Positions 13,110 to 25,935 of a stretch of 64,000 nt of DNA are shown here, piece after piece. How positions within the stretch are numbered: the first letter of the stretch is position 1; the number at the start of each line of letters is the position of its first letter. Under the pieces are notes generated by a model. It made no database searches, was not told where the DNA came from, and worked only from the letters and a program-made list of their open reading frames with translations. This stretch comes from Octopus vulgaris (lineage: Eukaryota). Both the position numbers and the translations under genes were made by a program. The stretch lies in assembly GCA_951406725.2 (NCBI GenBank), contig OX597814.1:207762001-207826000 (forward strand), written 5' to 3'.

Positions 13110-13687
13110 AAATGGGAAAATGAGAGAGAAACAGGAGAATTTTGAAATAAAAGGGGATGTGTGTTAGAGAGTAAGAGAGAGAGAAAGAGAAGAAATGAAA
13201 TAAGATAGAAAGGAGTATAACAGGTTAGGATGAGTGAGTGAGAAAAATATCTTTGTTTTTTGGGGGTTTTTATATATTTTGATACCAGTTGCTATTTTGT
13301 TTTTAGTTTCATTTGAAATTTGTAAGGGAGGGTTTCTGCTTTTCCTCCTCTTTGTTTATTCTCAATTTTAACTACTACTACTACTACTACTATTGCCACT
13401 AACAACAACTGCTTGGAGCAAACTATTGAGCCTGTACACCAAAGGTGGTAAACCACTTTACCCACAGGCAAAATTTTATCCACGTTCAAATTTGTAACCA
13501 CTCACTGATACAGCCTCTGAAAATCCAAACGAAAAAGTCTGTAAACCCTAGAATTAATCTAGTTTTAATTAACAGAACTATTGTATTTTTAGAATTAAAG
13601 ATGCACCTCTCCAGGTTCTTATTACTTTTAAAATTTGCCTCTGGTCCTAAAAGCTACAGAAAGACTTGTAAGACAAAAACATACAGA

Positions 13688-13689
<2 letters not shown>

Positions 13690-13733
<44 letters not shown>

Positions 13734-13965
13734 CATGTACATATAAATATATATATATACATGTACATATACATATACATGTACATATAAATATATATAT
13801 ATATACATGTACATATATATATACATGTACATGTACATATAAATATATATATATATACATGTACATATAAATATATATATATACATGTACATATAAATAT
13901 ATATATATACATGTACATATAAATATATATATATATATACATGTACATATATATATATATATACA

Positions 13966-14003
<38 letters not shown>

Positions 14004-14090
14004 CATGTACATACATATATCTATATATATATGTATATATATATATAAATATATTATATATATATATATATATATAAAGCCAGTACATAC
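13690..14090. repeat. Higher-order TA-rich satellite with TACATGTACATA units
   Basis: Repeated CATGTACATAT(AAAT)(AT)n units of roughly 20-30 bp. Confidence 0.95.
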
Positions 14091-14511
14091 ACATGGAGTC
14101 ACAATCCACATATTATATACATTAGCATGTCCTTGCATATACTATTTCTACACAAATGCACACATTCTTATATGTTCTGTATTCTGCATGATAACGGATA
14201 TGCCAGCTCACCGCTTTCGCAGTGTTGTACATTAATTCATGTGTAAATGAAATTGTTAAACAAACACATATGTACTAACAATTCTGTTTCTCATCTCTTT
14301 TCTTTCTACACACACACACACACACACACACGTGCACATACCTTAATTTATGCATAAATATATACTGGTATTTGCTTCACAAATTTTACATTTACTTTGT
14401 TTACTGAATGAATAAACACACACACATACTTAAACATCAGTGCACGTGCACACCCTGTTGTTTTAGTTTCTACATGAGTGTATGTATGTGATATATATAC
14501 ATGTGTATTTT

Positions 14512-14544
<33 letters not shown>

Positions 14545-14583
14545 AGGATACTTAGATAAATAGATAGATAGATAAAGGATAGA

Positions 14584-14741
14584 GGCGCAGGAGTGGCTGT
14601 GTGGTAAGTAGCTATAGGCGCAAGAGTGGCTGTGTGGTAGTGTCTTCTTGGGCAAGTGTCTTCTACTATAGCCTCTGGCCAACCAAAGCCTTGTGAGTGG
14701 ATTTGGTAGACGGAAACTGAAAGAAGCTCATTGTATATATA

Positions 14742-14788
<47 letters not shown>

Positions 14789-14975
14789 ATATATATGTGA
14801 GTGTGTGTGTTTGTGTCTGTGTTTGCGTCCCCATAACTTAGTGGTTTGGCAAAAGAGACCGATACAATAAGTACCAGGCTTACAAAGAATAAGTCCTGAG
14901 GTCGATTTCTTCAACTAAAGGCAGTGCTCCAGCATGGCCGCAGTCAAATGACTGAAACAATTAAAAGAGTAAAAG
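14584..14975 (+). mobile_element. SINE family 1 with duplicated head
   Basis: GGCGCAGGAGTGGCTGTGTGGTA occurs twice (14584 and ~14617), then normal body and tail. Confidence 0.85.
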
Positions 14976-14984
14976 TATTAGATC

Positions 14985-15247
14985 CTAGATAGATAGATAC
15001 ATGGATAGATAGATAGATAACGAAGTGGATAGATAACGAAGTAAATAGATAGATAACAAGGTAGGTAGATAGATAGATAGATAGATAACTAGGTAGGTAG
15101 ATAGATAGATAACTAGGTAGGTAGATAGATAGATAGATAGATAACTAGGTAGGTAGGTAGATAGATAGATAGATAGATAGATAACTAGGTAGGTAGATAG
15201 ATAGATAGTATCTAGGTAGATAGATAGATAGATAGATAGGTAGATAA
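14985..15247. repeat. (GATA)n/(GGTA)n compound microsatellite
   Basis: Directly visible; recurring TAACTAGGTAGGTAGATAG unit. Confidence 0.95.
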
Positions 15248-16057
15248 AAAATAGATATATTGTTTACTACATGAACAAATTCATACCCAGACTCTCTCTC
15301 TCACTTTCTCTTTATGTCTCTCACAAAAACACACACTTATCTACAAATTCATGTGCTTAACTTTTTACGTAAATGCAAGTACACATGCATATACAGTCAC
15401 GTACTTTCACTCTCTGTCTTTCTCCCACATACACACAATTTGCTCATATCTCCAGTATGCTTCCATAACACGCAACTAATGTTAAGTGATTACTCAGACA
15501 CACAGACACAGTCTGTGATGTTTGAGTGTGTGCGTGTTTACTGTAAAGCAGTTAATTTCTTGTTTAAGGCTATCTATAACTATGCACATAGTATTCTGTA
15601 CATGTGCGTGGTGTGTGTGTGTGAGAGAGTGTAGGAGGTATCTGTTCTCTAATACATAGATATACAGATATGTATCTTGGTTTCAAAATAGGTACACCGT
15701 ATCCTTGCATGTTGTTGGAGATGGCTAAAGAGGTTGGAATCGGGAAGAGCAATTTGCCATAAAACTGCCTCAAAAAGTCTTGCCTATACCTTACTAACAT
15801 GGAAAAGGCAGGAATAAATGCAATCATCATGTATAGGTGAAAATATGGCTGTCTAGTTATGAAGTTCACATTGTTGTGCGATGGTTTTGGGTTCAGTTCC
15901 ACTGCATGGCATCCTGTGTATGTTATATACTTACAATAGCCTCAAGTTGACCAATGTCTTGTGAGTGTTATAGATAGAAGGGAAACTACAGCAAAGCCCA
16001 TCACATATATAAATCATCATATATACATACACGTGTGTGTGTGTATTATTATTATTA

Positions 16058-16209
16058 TCAAGATGGTGAGCTGGCAGAATTTTTAGCACGCCAGGCAAAA
16101 TGCTTAGCAGTATTTCGTCTGCCACTACATTCTGAGTTCAATTCTGCTGAGGTCGACTTTGCCTTTTATCCTTTCAGAGTCGTTAAATTAAGTGCCTTCA
16201 GTAGAAAGG

Positions 16210-16241
<32 letters not shown>

Positions 16242-16471
16242 GGGTTTTTCTTCTTCTTTCAAATTTGCTTCCATTTCTTGCCGAGTGTCTTCCCGACTCC
16301 TAGGGCAAAGAAACTCATAGTATACATTGGTAGGCCATTAAACTAAACTCACTAGTTCGTTCTTTTTTTTTTTTTTTGATAGAAATAAAGTTAAATTAAA
16401 ATACATGGGTAGTAATAGTTCTTACATCGACAATGCTCTTCTCAATACGTGTGATGTACCAGTTAAGACAA

Positions 16472-16512
<41 letters not shown>

Positions 16513-16860
16513 GGTGGCGAGCTGGCAAAATACTTAGCATTATTTCACCCGTTGCTATGTTCTGAGTTCAAATTCTGCTCCAAAATTTCAGGCCTTTTGC
16601 CTATAGTAGAAAGGATTATCATTATTATTATTATTAAGCTGGCAGAATAGTTAGCACACTAGACAACATGCTTAGCATTATTTTGCCTGTCGCTACATTC
16701 TGAGATCAAATTCCGCTGAGGTTGACTTTGCCTTTCATCCTTTTAGGGTCAGTAAAATAAGTACCAGTTGAGCACTGGGGTCGATGTAATCAACTATCCC
16801 ACTCCCCCAAAATTTCAGGCCTTGTACCTATAGTAGAAAGGATTATTATTATTATTATTA
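16058..16860 (+). mobile_element. Small head-to-tail cluster of SINE family 2 copies joined by (TTA)n
   Basis: Heads at ~16060, 16511 and 16636, each after a (TTA)n run; shared core GTCGACTTTGCCTTTCATCCTTT. Confidence 0.8.
16241..16478 (-). mobile_element. Dong/R4-like non-LTR retrotransposon extreme 3' end inserted in (TAA)n
   Basis: Minus strand KIVLTGTSHVLRRALSM* (QK..L.GT..ILR motif), then 3' UTR; (TTA)n on both sides. Confidence 0.7.
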
Positions 16861-18156
16861 ACATCTTTTCAAGTGGTGCCCCAACATGGCCACAGTCTAA
16901 TGACTAAAACAAGTAAAAGATAAAAGATCCCATAAACCTCGAGAGAACAAGGGGTTTTTTTTTTTGGTGAGGTGAACATTGGAACCTCAAAATGGATGAT
17001 AAAGCTATAAATAAAAGCACTTAAATATTGCCTCTGATATTTTCTGCCCAAGGGTTTCTTTAACAGAATATTTACACTATAGCTTTAATATCTGCTTATA
17101 TAGCTTTAATATCTGCTTCAAGATCAATTGTTCCAAAATAAAACAAAAAAAGAATTATTACTTGTTCCCTTGAGGTGTATGGGGTCTTATGATGTCGACA
17201 ACATATAATTCTTGTTAATCAGAACAAAGCTTTTAAAATGGATTCAGAAATTCCAAGGATTACTTTGGTCCAATGGTAGAACACCTATCATGTTTACTTG
17301 AATTCCACAAGCAGCCTTTGACTTTTTCTGTGCAAGGGTTTTTTTGTTTTTTGTTTTAACCCAGTATTTACATGCTATTATTTATAACCTTATCACTTTA
17401 TCATCTACTTCAAGATACAGTGTTCACAAAAAATAAAAGTTGAATATTTATTAACACTGTCTGAACAAAAATCACTGCTATTGTTTACTTTCACTAACAA
17501 AAAAAGAAAAATTAAGTCTTCCAGGAGACCTGTACAGAATTAATGAAATGAAAAATAACATACATAAAAAACAACTGGAGTTTGGCAACAGTAAGAGCAT
17601 CCAGTCATACAAAATTGCTTTAATAAGTTTTATGTATGTAACCCATACTACGCCAAAGAATTTTCTGTCTCTGAAGAAGAAGCTTTAATTTGGGGATGAA
17701 ATTTGCATAATGTTATGTATCTGAAGTTGATGAAAAATTGTTTAAGATTACAAAATCTAATATTGTCACAGTTTTAATTTTTTTCTTGTGTGTTGCTAAT
17801 TCAGAAGGGGAGTGTTATAGAAATCTTTTTCTGAAATGTTTAGTGATTTTGTCAATTTGTTGTTGAAAGAGATTAGATCATCATGTTCCCATTTACGGAT
17901 GTTTTTGAAGGGGCCCATTCGTGGAAGCTTTGAAAGTGAGGCATGACTACTTGTCAAGATTGCATGTAAATGATGCTATATGTGCAGGGTTAAGGAAGCG
18001 TGAAGTGTAGCATCATCAGCAAATGAATGTTTATGATTAGAAAACTGCAAAAAGATTAACATACAGAAGAAAGAAAGTACGGCATGAAACTGAATTTTGG
18101 CAAATAGAAATCATATTGGGGCTAAAACAATTGCCCATTGCTAGAGTTATTGTCAG

Positions 18157-18388
18157 AAAGGCAGTGAGCTGGCAGGAACGTTAGCGCACTGAGCGAAATG
18201 CTGAGCGGTATTTTGTCTACCGCTACACTCTGAGTTCAAATTCCGCCGAGATCGATTTTGCCTTTCATCCTTTCGGGGTCAATTAAGTATCAGTTACGCA
18301 CTGGGGTCGATACAATCGACTTAATGCGTTTGTCTGTCCTTGTTTGTCTCTTCTGTGTTTAGCCCCTTGTGGGTAGTTAAAAAATAGG
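18157..18388 (+). mobile_element. Young SINE family 2 copy with 15-bp TSD
   Basis: TAGAGTTATTGTCAG at 18142-18156 and 18389-18403; B-box GAGTTCAAATTCC; CpG-rich (little decay). Confidence 0.9.
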
Positions 18389-18839
18389 TAGAGTTATTGT
18401 CAGTAATAAAAGACCACTTTTGTTTGTTTTATAATTATGTTTTATGACAAACTGTTACAACCTTATTCATATTCTACTGCTTTTAAGTATCAATGATATC
18501 GCTTTCTGCCAAATCCAACAGGTACAATTTTTTAAAATTTACACATTGATAAGATTTCTAATTTTTTGCGTGTTGTGAGTAGTGAGAGGATAAGGGAATG
18601 GGGACAACTAGTAGAGGGTCCATGTGTGCTCACAGGCGATGTCATGAATGATACCTTCCATACCACCTCAGACATAAGACTTAGGGAAAGATAATGACCT
18701 TTAATTTTCAAGTATGAAAACAGTTCATATACCCAAAACGCTGTACAATCCTAGTTTACCTACAATAATTTATATATATATATATTGATAGATATATATA
18801 GATATATTGAATATTTTTACCCTTGCCACTTCAATTCCA

Positions 18840-19500
18840 TAAAATTTAAGTAACTTCCCTGCCATTTCAGTTGGATTTTCTTTTTATTATTATCATTAGT
18901 TATTATTTTGCTTTTATAAGCACATATTTCCAATCCATATCTTCTTGCAGTTGTATCAAGATATGCTGCCAGATTTCTAAGTTCTTCTTCGTTGTGTCCT
19001 TTTAAATCAATATCATTGGCAAAACAAAGATTACTCACTTCTCTCTCTCTCTCTCTCTCTCTTATGTCAACATTTCTTTGAAAAGATTCAAAGACTTCAA
19101 TCATTATGTATTCAAGAAACACTTTGAAAAGGCTCTCATCTTTTGGATCAGTGGTTTCCTGTTCGTTTGCAACATCATAGTGTTTGCTGGTGGAACTCTC
19201 TCTCTCTCTCTCTCTCTCTGATGCACACTCTATCAACACTTGTTGCCCCAAGGTTTGGTTTCTTCCTCTGCTCATTTACGTACACTCTCCCTCTCAAACA
19301 CCAACAATCTTCTTGGTGTTTGTTACCTCCAACAATATGCACTTCTACACACATAATACTATTCCTTGTTCCTCACAAACTACCCGCATCTATGCATTAT
19401 CCACATGCAACACAGACTTCTCAGGCCAACTCTTTGTTGAATCCATGAACAGATCTCAGACATATTTTCTGATATGTTCATGCCAATGTTAGATCCTTTT
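18840..19500 (-). mobile_element. Decayed LINE (RTE-like) reverse transcriptase fragment
   Basis: VSNLCFANDIDLKGHNEEELRNLAAYLDTTARRYGLEICAYKSKII corresponds to NLRFADDI....EEL..L...L......YG..I...KSK; interrupted by (GA)n. Confidence 0.75.
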
Positions 19501-19752
19501 ACCGAATAAATACGCAATAACTACGCATAAAAAGTAAACATTATCACACTGCACTCATCTTAACCATAAACAACATGCAAGTAGAAACCACAATGCTACT
19601 ACAAATGCCAAACTTCACACCATCGTGGAACTCTCCTTGTAAAATGAGAAGCTCAGCATAGCTAAGACTAGCCTTTGTCTTCAAGGCCAGAAAATACAAA
19701 GCTCGGGAGAGGCCATCAATGGAATAACACTCCCACAACTGAATCGGAACTG

Positions 19753-19797
<45 letters not shown>

Positions 19798-19803
<6 letters not shown>

Positions 19804-20230
19804 AATCCAAACGGGAAACAAAAAAACAACAACAAGGGAACAATTACAGTATTATTATTAATAGGCGCTCAGGAAATGGAAGCAGGGAGGTATGACGTTT
19901 CGAGCGGAGCTCTTCGTCGGAAACATAAAGAAGGAAGAGAGAGGAAAGAAAGATCCCGGAGCGGGCAACGGAGATAGAGAAAAAACGGCTGGTGTTAGGA
20001 GTAGCACATGGTGAAAGGCGGATGTTTACGATAACAAGAGCAAAGTGGGTTTTTAAAGGCAAAAGAGTGGAGACAAGGTTGGTAACGCAACAGATGTGTG
20101 TGTATGTGTGAGTGTGTGCGTGTGTGTATGTGTGTGTGTGAGGCGAGGTAAAAAAACAAAAAATATATGTATGTGTTAGTGTGTGCGTCTGTGTGTAGGC
20201 GTGTGAGGTAGGGCGAGACGGTGGTCAGCA
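19798..20230 (-). mobile_element. Penelope-like repeat with a minimal hammerhead-like motif, flanked by (TA)n
   Basis: Minus strand 19920-19894: CCGACGA-A-GAGC-TCC-GCTC-GAAAC-GTC; CpG-rich block between two (TA)n tracts. Confidence 0.55.
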
Positions 20231-21045
20231 TATATATATATATATATGCTAGGGGGACAAACACAGACACACAAACACATACACACATATATATATATAT
20301 ATATATACATATATACGACAGGCTTCTTTCAGTTTCCGTCTACCAAATCCACTCACAAGGCATATATACACACGCACACACGCATCTGAGATTAGATCCA
20401 AAGAAAAGCTATACACCTGATTTGCACAAAGTTACCCACCAACCTTCCTCAATATCTGGCCCTCTCTCCCCATCTCTCTTTCTCTCTCTCTCTCATTGCC
20501 CATATTGTATCTAACTCACAACCATCCCATGGAGCCCACACTCACCACTATACCCAGTTTTTCCCTATTTAGAATGTTGACCCTTTAAAATTCCATCCTG
20601 ACACATGATTTTTCTGTGTGACTGATGAAAAGGAATGTGAACTACAGTGATCCTGCAGGGCTAAGGTGACTATTAACACAGACCAATAAAAATAACCTAC
20701 CTTTGTCTCACACTAAATTAAAACTAGCTTCTTGGTGAAATTTCAACCAAAGATATTGTTTCTATGTCTTCATAACACTATTTATTGGTAGTTTGTTGTT
20801 AGATTTTCTCATAAACCATATTGCTCCATGCAACCATGTATGTAGTCTGAAAGGTTATTCTTTTAAATATGAAGTCAGTTAAATTGTGAGGTTGTGGTAA
20901 AGGTTTCATTGTTTACCAAGCATTTTTCTATTAGGCTAATATCACAAATCTACTCAACAATATTACGTTTTTCCTTGGAAACCCAGCATTGTCACTTGAA
21001 CAAGTAAAACATATTACAAAACCATGCTAAATTAACTTGTACAGA

Positions 21046-21469
21046 TACTCTTTACTCTTTTACTCTTTTACTTGTTTCAGTCATTTGACTGCGGCCATGC
21101 TGGAGCACCGCCTTTAGTCGAGCAAATCGACCCCGGGACTTATTCTTTGTAAGCCCAGTTCTTATTCTATCGGTCTCTTTTGCCGAATCGCTAAGTGATG
21201 GAGACGTAAACACACCGGCATCGGTTGTCAAATAATGCTAGAGGGACAAACATAGACACACAAACACACACATACATACATACATATATATATATATACA
21301 TATATACGACAGGCTTCTTTCAGTTTCCGTCTACCAAATCCACTCACAAGGCATTGGTCGGCCTGGGGCTATAGCAGAAGACACTTGCCCAAGATGCCAC
21401 GCAGTGGGACTGAACCCGGAACCATGTGGTTGGTTAGCAAGCTACTTATCACACAGCCACTCCTGCGCC
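21046..21469 (-). mobile_element. SINE family 1, full length
   Basis: Complete head (GGCGCAGGAGTGGCTGTG) through (TAAAAGAG)3 tail. Confidence 0.9.
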
Positions 21470-22052
21470 TATTTTCTTTTTTTTTTTTTGCTTACATTTT
21501 GGTATTCCCTTCTGTGAGAATACTGTAAAAATTATATATAAGTAAATTTAATGTATGTGGCTATATTTATGAAAACACATTTTATGTACATAAAAGTGCA
21601 AGTGAGCATGTGTGGGTGAAGGCTGTGTGACTGTGATGTTGAAGAAGTTTGCTTCCTAACTACATGGTTTCAGGTTCATTCGCAATGTGCAGCATCTTGG
21701 GTGTCTTCTACTATAGTCCCAGGCCAACAAAATCTTGTGAATGGATTTGGTAGACAGCAACCAAAAAAAAAGCCAGTATGTGTGTGTGTGTGTGAGAGAG
21801 AAGAGCATTTGTGTGTATTTGTGTCTCCTTGTCTTGAAATTGTGTGATAGTGGTAAATGAGTGTCACTGTTATACAAGTTGTGTCATTTATTTCCAATAT
21901 TTGCAAAAACATGTCTGCGAAATACTACCATACTTGGAAACAGATAAGGGTTCACAACAGGAAGGGCATCCAGTTGTACGAAATCTATCTAAATAAATTC
22001 CACCTTACACATGGAAAAATGGAAGTTAAATGAGGATAGTAATAATATATAT

Positions 22053-22436
22053 AGGCATAGCTGTGTGGTAAGAAGTTTGCTTGTCAATTGCATGATTTTG
22101 GGTTCATTCCTTCTGTGTGGCACCTTGGACAAGTGTCTTCTATACTATAGCCATGGGTCAAGCAAAGCTTTGTGAGTGGATTAGGAAGATGGAAACTAAA
22201 AGAAGCTTGTGTGTGTGTACGTGCATCCGTATGTCTTTGTTCCCTACTACTGCCTGACAACCAGTGGTGGTGTATTTATGTCCCTGTGACTTAGCGGTTC
22301 AGTAAAAGAGACTGATAGAATAAGTACCGGGCTTGATAAAAAATTTTTAAAGTAGTGGAGTCAATTCATTCGACTAAAATTCTTCAAGGTGGTGCACCAT
22401 CATGGCCACGGTCTAATGATTGAAATAAGTAAAAGA
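22053..22436 (+). mobile_element. Old SINE family 1 copy
   Basis: Diverged but collinear with the consensus seen in other copies. Confidence 0.75.
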
Positions 22437-22899
22437 TTTCAGAATTTAGACGTGGGTTTTTTTACACCAAATACCTACCCATGTTGAACTTAGACACTGT
22501 TATCTAGTTTAAAAATTTGAATTTCCTGTCTATGAATATTCATATTCAACAAATTTAAGTTTGAAAAATGAGCATTTTATACATCATCATCATCATTTTC
22601 ATGTCCACTTTGCCTTGTTTGCATAGGTCAGAGAGGAATATGTTGGAGTAAAGTTTTCTATGGATGGATGCCCTTCCTGATGCCAACCCTTACTTTTTTT
22701 CCAAGCAAAGCAAAACCTCCCAGTCTGTCAAACAACAGACCTGGTTACATGAAGAACTCGAAGCATTTAGTAAACACATGGTGGGTTTCTTCTAGTTTCC
22801 ATCCACCTATTTCACTCACATGGTATTGATCAATCTACAACCATAGTAAAGGATACCAGCCAATGTGGTTGTCTTTGCATACAGGAGGTCCCCTGCATA

Positions 22900-23184
22900 C
22901 TACTATACTTCAGCTGAGCAATCCTCATCTTGTGGGCTTATGAGTGCTGGTGTCACATAAAAAGCACCTGTACCAGTGTAACATCAAAACACCTGTGCTA
23001 GTGCTGCATAAAAGCACCCAGTACACTCTGTAAAGTGGTTGGCATTAGGAAGGGCATCCAACTGTAGAAACCATGCCAAAACAGACAGAGAGCTTGGGAA
23101 ACTCCTCATATGGCTAGTTCCTGTCGGACCATCCAACCCATACCAGCATGGAAAAGGGATGTTAAAGGATGATGATGATGATGA
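22900..23184 (+). mobile_element. RTE 3' UTR fragment with (GAT)n tail
   Basis: AAAAGCACCC...GGCATTAGGAAGGGCATCCA...GTTAAAGGATGATGATGATG. Confidence 0.7.
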
Positions 23185-23519
23185 GGCTGATTATCGTTGT
23201 TTTTTCTGTCTACTTTTCATGCTTGTGTAAGTCAGATGAAACTTGTTGAGGTAAATTTTCTAAGACAAGATGCTTTTCTTGTCACCAACCTCTCGCCTGT
23301 TTGTAAGCAACATAATATTTCCCTTAGCTCTTCCAACAACTTACAGCTCAGTGTTGGACATGTTTGTGCAAACCGTTTCTTATTGAATGGAGACTTTTAA
23401 GTAAAACACAAATGGCATGACAAAGGCAAGATGCAAACATACATGCGCATGCATATTTGTGTGTGTGTGTGTGCATGTGCATATCTGTGTGTGCATACAT
23501 GTGTTTATATATACATAGT

Positions 23520-23795
23520 AGGATACATGAATCATATGAAGTCACATGAAAATCGAAAGGCCCAAGTAGGTAAAAATCTTGAACACCCACAACTTGTGTC
23601 ATATGTCACAAAATTTGTAAGATAATTTTCTCTTGAATGAAAAGACATATGCTAGTTCACAAAAACATTCCTTCAGAATCAGATTTCAACGGGCAAAAAT
23701 GTAGAAGAAACTTGAATAATATCTGCCACTTGTGTTTTAAACCCTGTCAGTCAGCAACTGGTCTTAAAAGTCATCTGAGGGCGCATCAACTGAGG
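23520..23795 (+). mobile_element. RTE/BovB-like LINE C-terminal zinc-finger relic
   Basis: ICHLCFKPCQSATGLKSHLRAH resembles the C2H2-like end of some RTE ORFs. Confidence 0.5.
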
Positions 23796-24379
23796 AATTA
23801 TGCTGTGTGATGGGGTGTGGTGTATGTGTTGATGGGATGGCTATCATCTGTCAAGATGAAGCAATCATCATATATGTATGTATGTATGTGTGTGTGTATA
23901 TATATATATATATAGTATCTCTTATATGTACAATTAGATGTATGACTGCTACTATTTGACTTTACAACTCCATGTAGATTATCATCATGCTTGTAGTATA
24001 GTGGTTTGTCTACTATTGTGCTTATGACTATCACAACTTAGTAATATTACCACTGTACTTAGTAGTATTACTGGCTATGATATACAAAGAAATTATGGTA
24101 AACACAAATTTATATCATTTGTTCCTACACACATTTGACCATCATGATGCTTTGGAACTCTACATTAGATGCTTAACTACAAGTGATCAACAGGAGAACA
24201 TTTTATTGCAGTCTCGTACAGAGATCTAATGTCTTAGATTTGATTTAAATCTTATTTATTTACATATATATATTTTAAAGTAGTTTTATGCTGTCAACTT
24301 AATGTGACAGTCCCATGAAGCATAATTAGTCATCACTAATTGTGACTGTATATATTGTTAGAAATAGCAGTTTAGCCAC

Positions 24380-24690
24380 TTATCATCATCACCATAGTTT
24401 AACATCCGTTTTCCATGCTGGCATGGGTTGGACGGTTTGACTGAGGTGTGGAGAGCCAGCAGCTGCACCAGGCTCCAATCTGATATGGCAATGTTTCTAC
24501 AGCTGAATGCCCTTCCTAATGCCAACCACTCTGAGAGCATAGTGGGTGCTTTTTATGTGTCACCAGCATAGGAGCCAGTCAGGTGGGTTTGGCATTGGCC
24601 ACATTCAGATAGTGCTTTTTATGTGCCATCGGCACAGGGGCCGAGTCAGGCAGTCCTAGCATCGATCACATTCAGATAGTGCTTTTTGAT
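24380..24690 (-). mobile_element. RTE 3' UTR fragment
   Basis: Same family as 10470-10860. Confidence 0.8.
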
Positions 24691-25036
24691 AGCTGTGAAA
24701 AAGCACATTTATACATACTGAGTGGGTAGATTAGATAGCTGTCCCATGAGCAAAGCTAGAACACTGGACTGCACAATTTCATCCTAATGGGAATTAACAG
24801 TTTACCTCTATGGAACAGCTAATTAGCTTTGTCATCATATATATATTTATTTGCCAAATGTATTTATGGCTGATTTAGCAAAATGCCAAATCATGTCAGT
24901 ATATATAAATATGCTTTTTCACAACTATAAGTGGCTCAACTGCTATTTCTAGTAACATATGTACTTGTAGCACATACAATCACAGTTAGTGATGACTAAA
25001 TTTTGCCTATATGGTTTATACTGTGCCTAGCTGCCT

Positions 25037-25388
25037 ACAGGAGTGGCTATGTGGTAAGAAGCTTGCTTCCCAACCACAAGGTTTCAAGTTCACTCCCACT
25101 GCATGGCACCTAGGGCAAATATCTTGTACTATAGCTTCAGATCAACCAAATCCTTGTGAGTAGATATATATATGTGTGTGTGTGTCTGTTTGTCCACCAC
25201 CACCACCATCGCTTGACAGCCAATGTTGGTGTGTTTACGTCCCCATAACTTAGTCATTCAGCAAAAGTGACCGATAGAATAAGTACTAGGATTACAAAGA
25301 ATAAGTCCTGGGGTTGATTTGTTTGATTAAAGGTGGTGCTCCAGCATGACCACAGTCAAATGACTGAAACAAACAAAAGAATAAAAGA
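25037..25388 (+). mobile_element. SINE family 1
   Basis: Head, body and tail recognisable; small internal deletion. Confidence 0.8.
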
Positions 25389-25893
25389 ACATATATCCAC
25401 ATATCCACAAAGGCACACACATATATTCACCTCTTCGGCAAGACACCTGCTCCTCTCCCTCTATCATAATTTCTTATTCCTTCACTGTATACCCCGATCA
25501 GTTGAGGAGTCTTATTTTGTGGGTACTTGGCAACCTCACCAGTGCTGGTGCCATATAAAAAGCAGCCAGTACACTCTAAGTGGTTGGCATTAGAAAAAGC
25601 ATCCAGTTATAGAAACCATACCAAGGCAGACATAGAACCTGGTGGAGCCCACTGCCTCATCTCTTTTTGTCAGACGGTCCGACCCATACCAACATGGAAA
25701 AAAATTACATTAATGATTAGTATACATTATTTACAATGGGCTTCTTACAGTTACCATCCACCAGTTCACACACAGAGTATTGATCATCCCATGGTTATAG
25801 TAGAATCACCTGCTTGCAGTGCCACAGAAGTAGAATGAACCCTGAACCATGTGCTTCTGAAATAAACTTCTTAACCACACAGCCATGTTTGCA

Positions 25894-25935
<42 letters not shown>

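Noticed and set aside
13445-14235. Overlapping YI/MY-rich ORFs on both strands
   Set aside because: Microsatellite artefacts.
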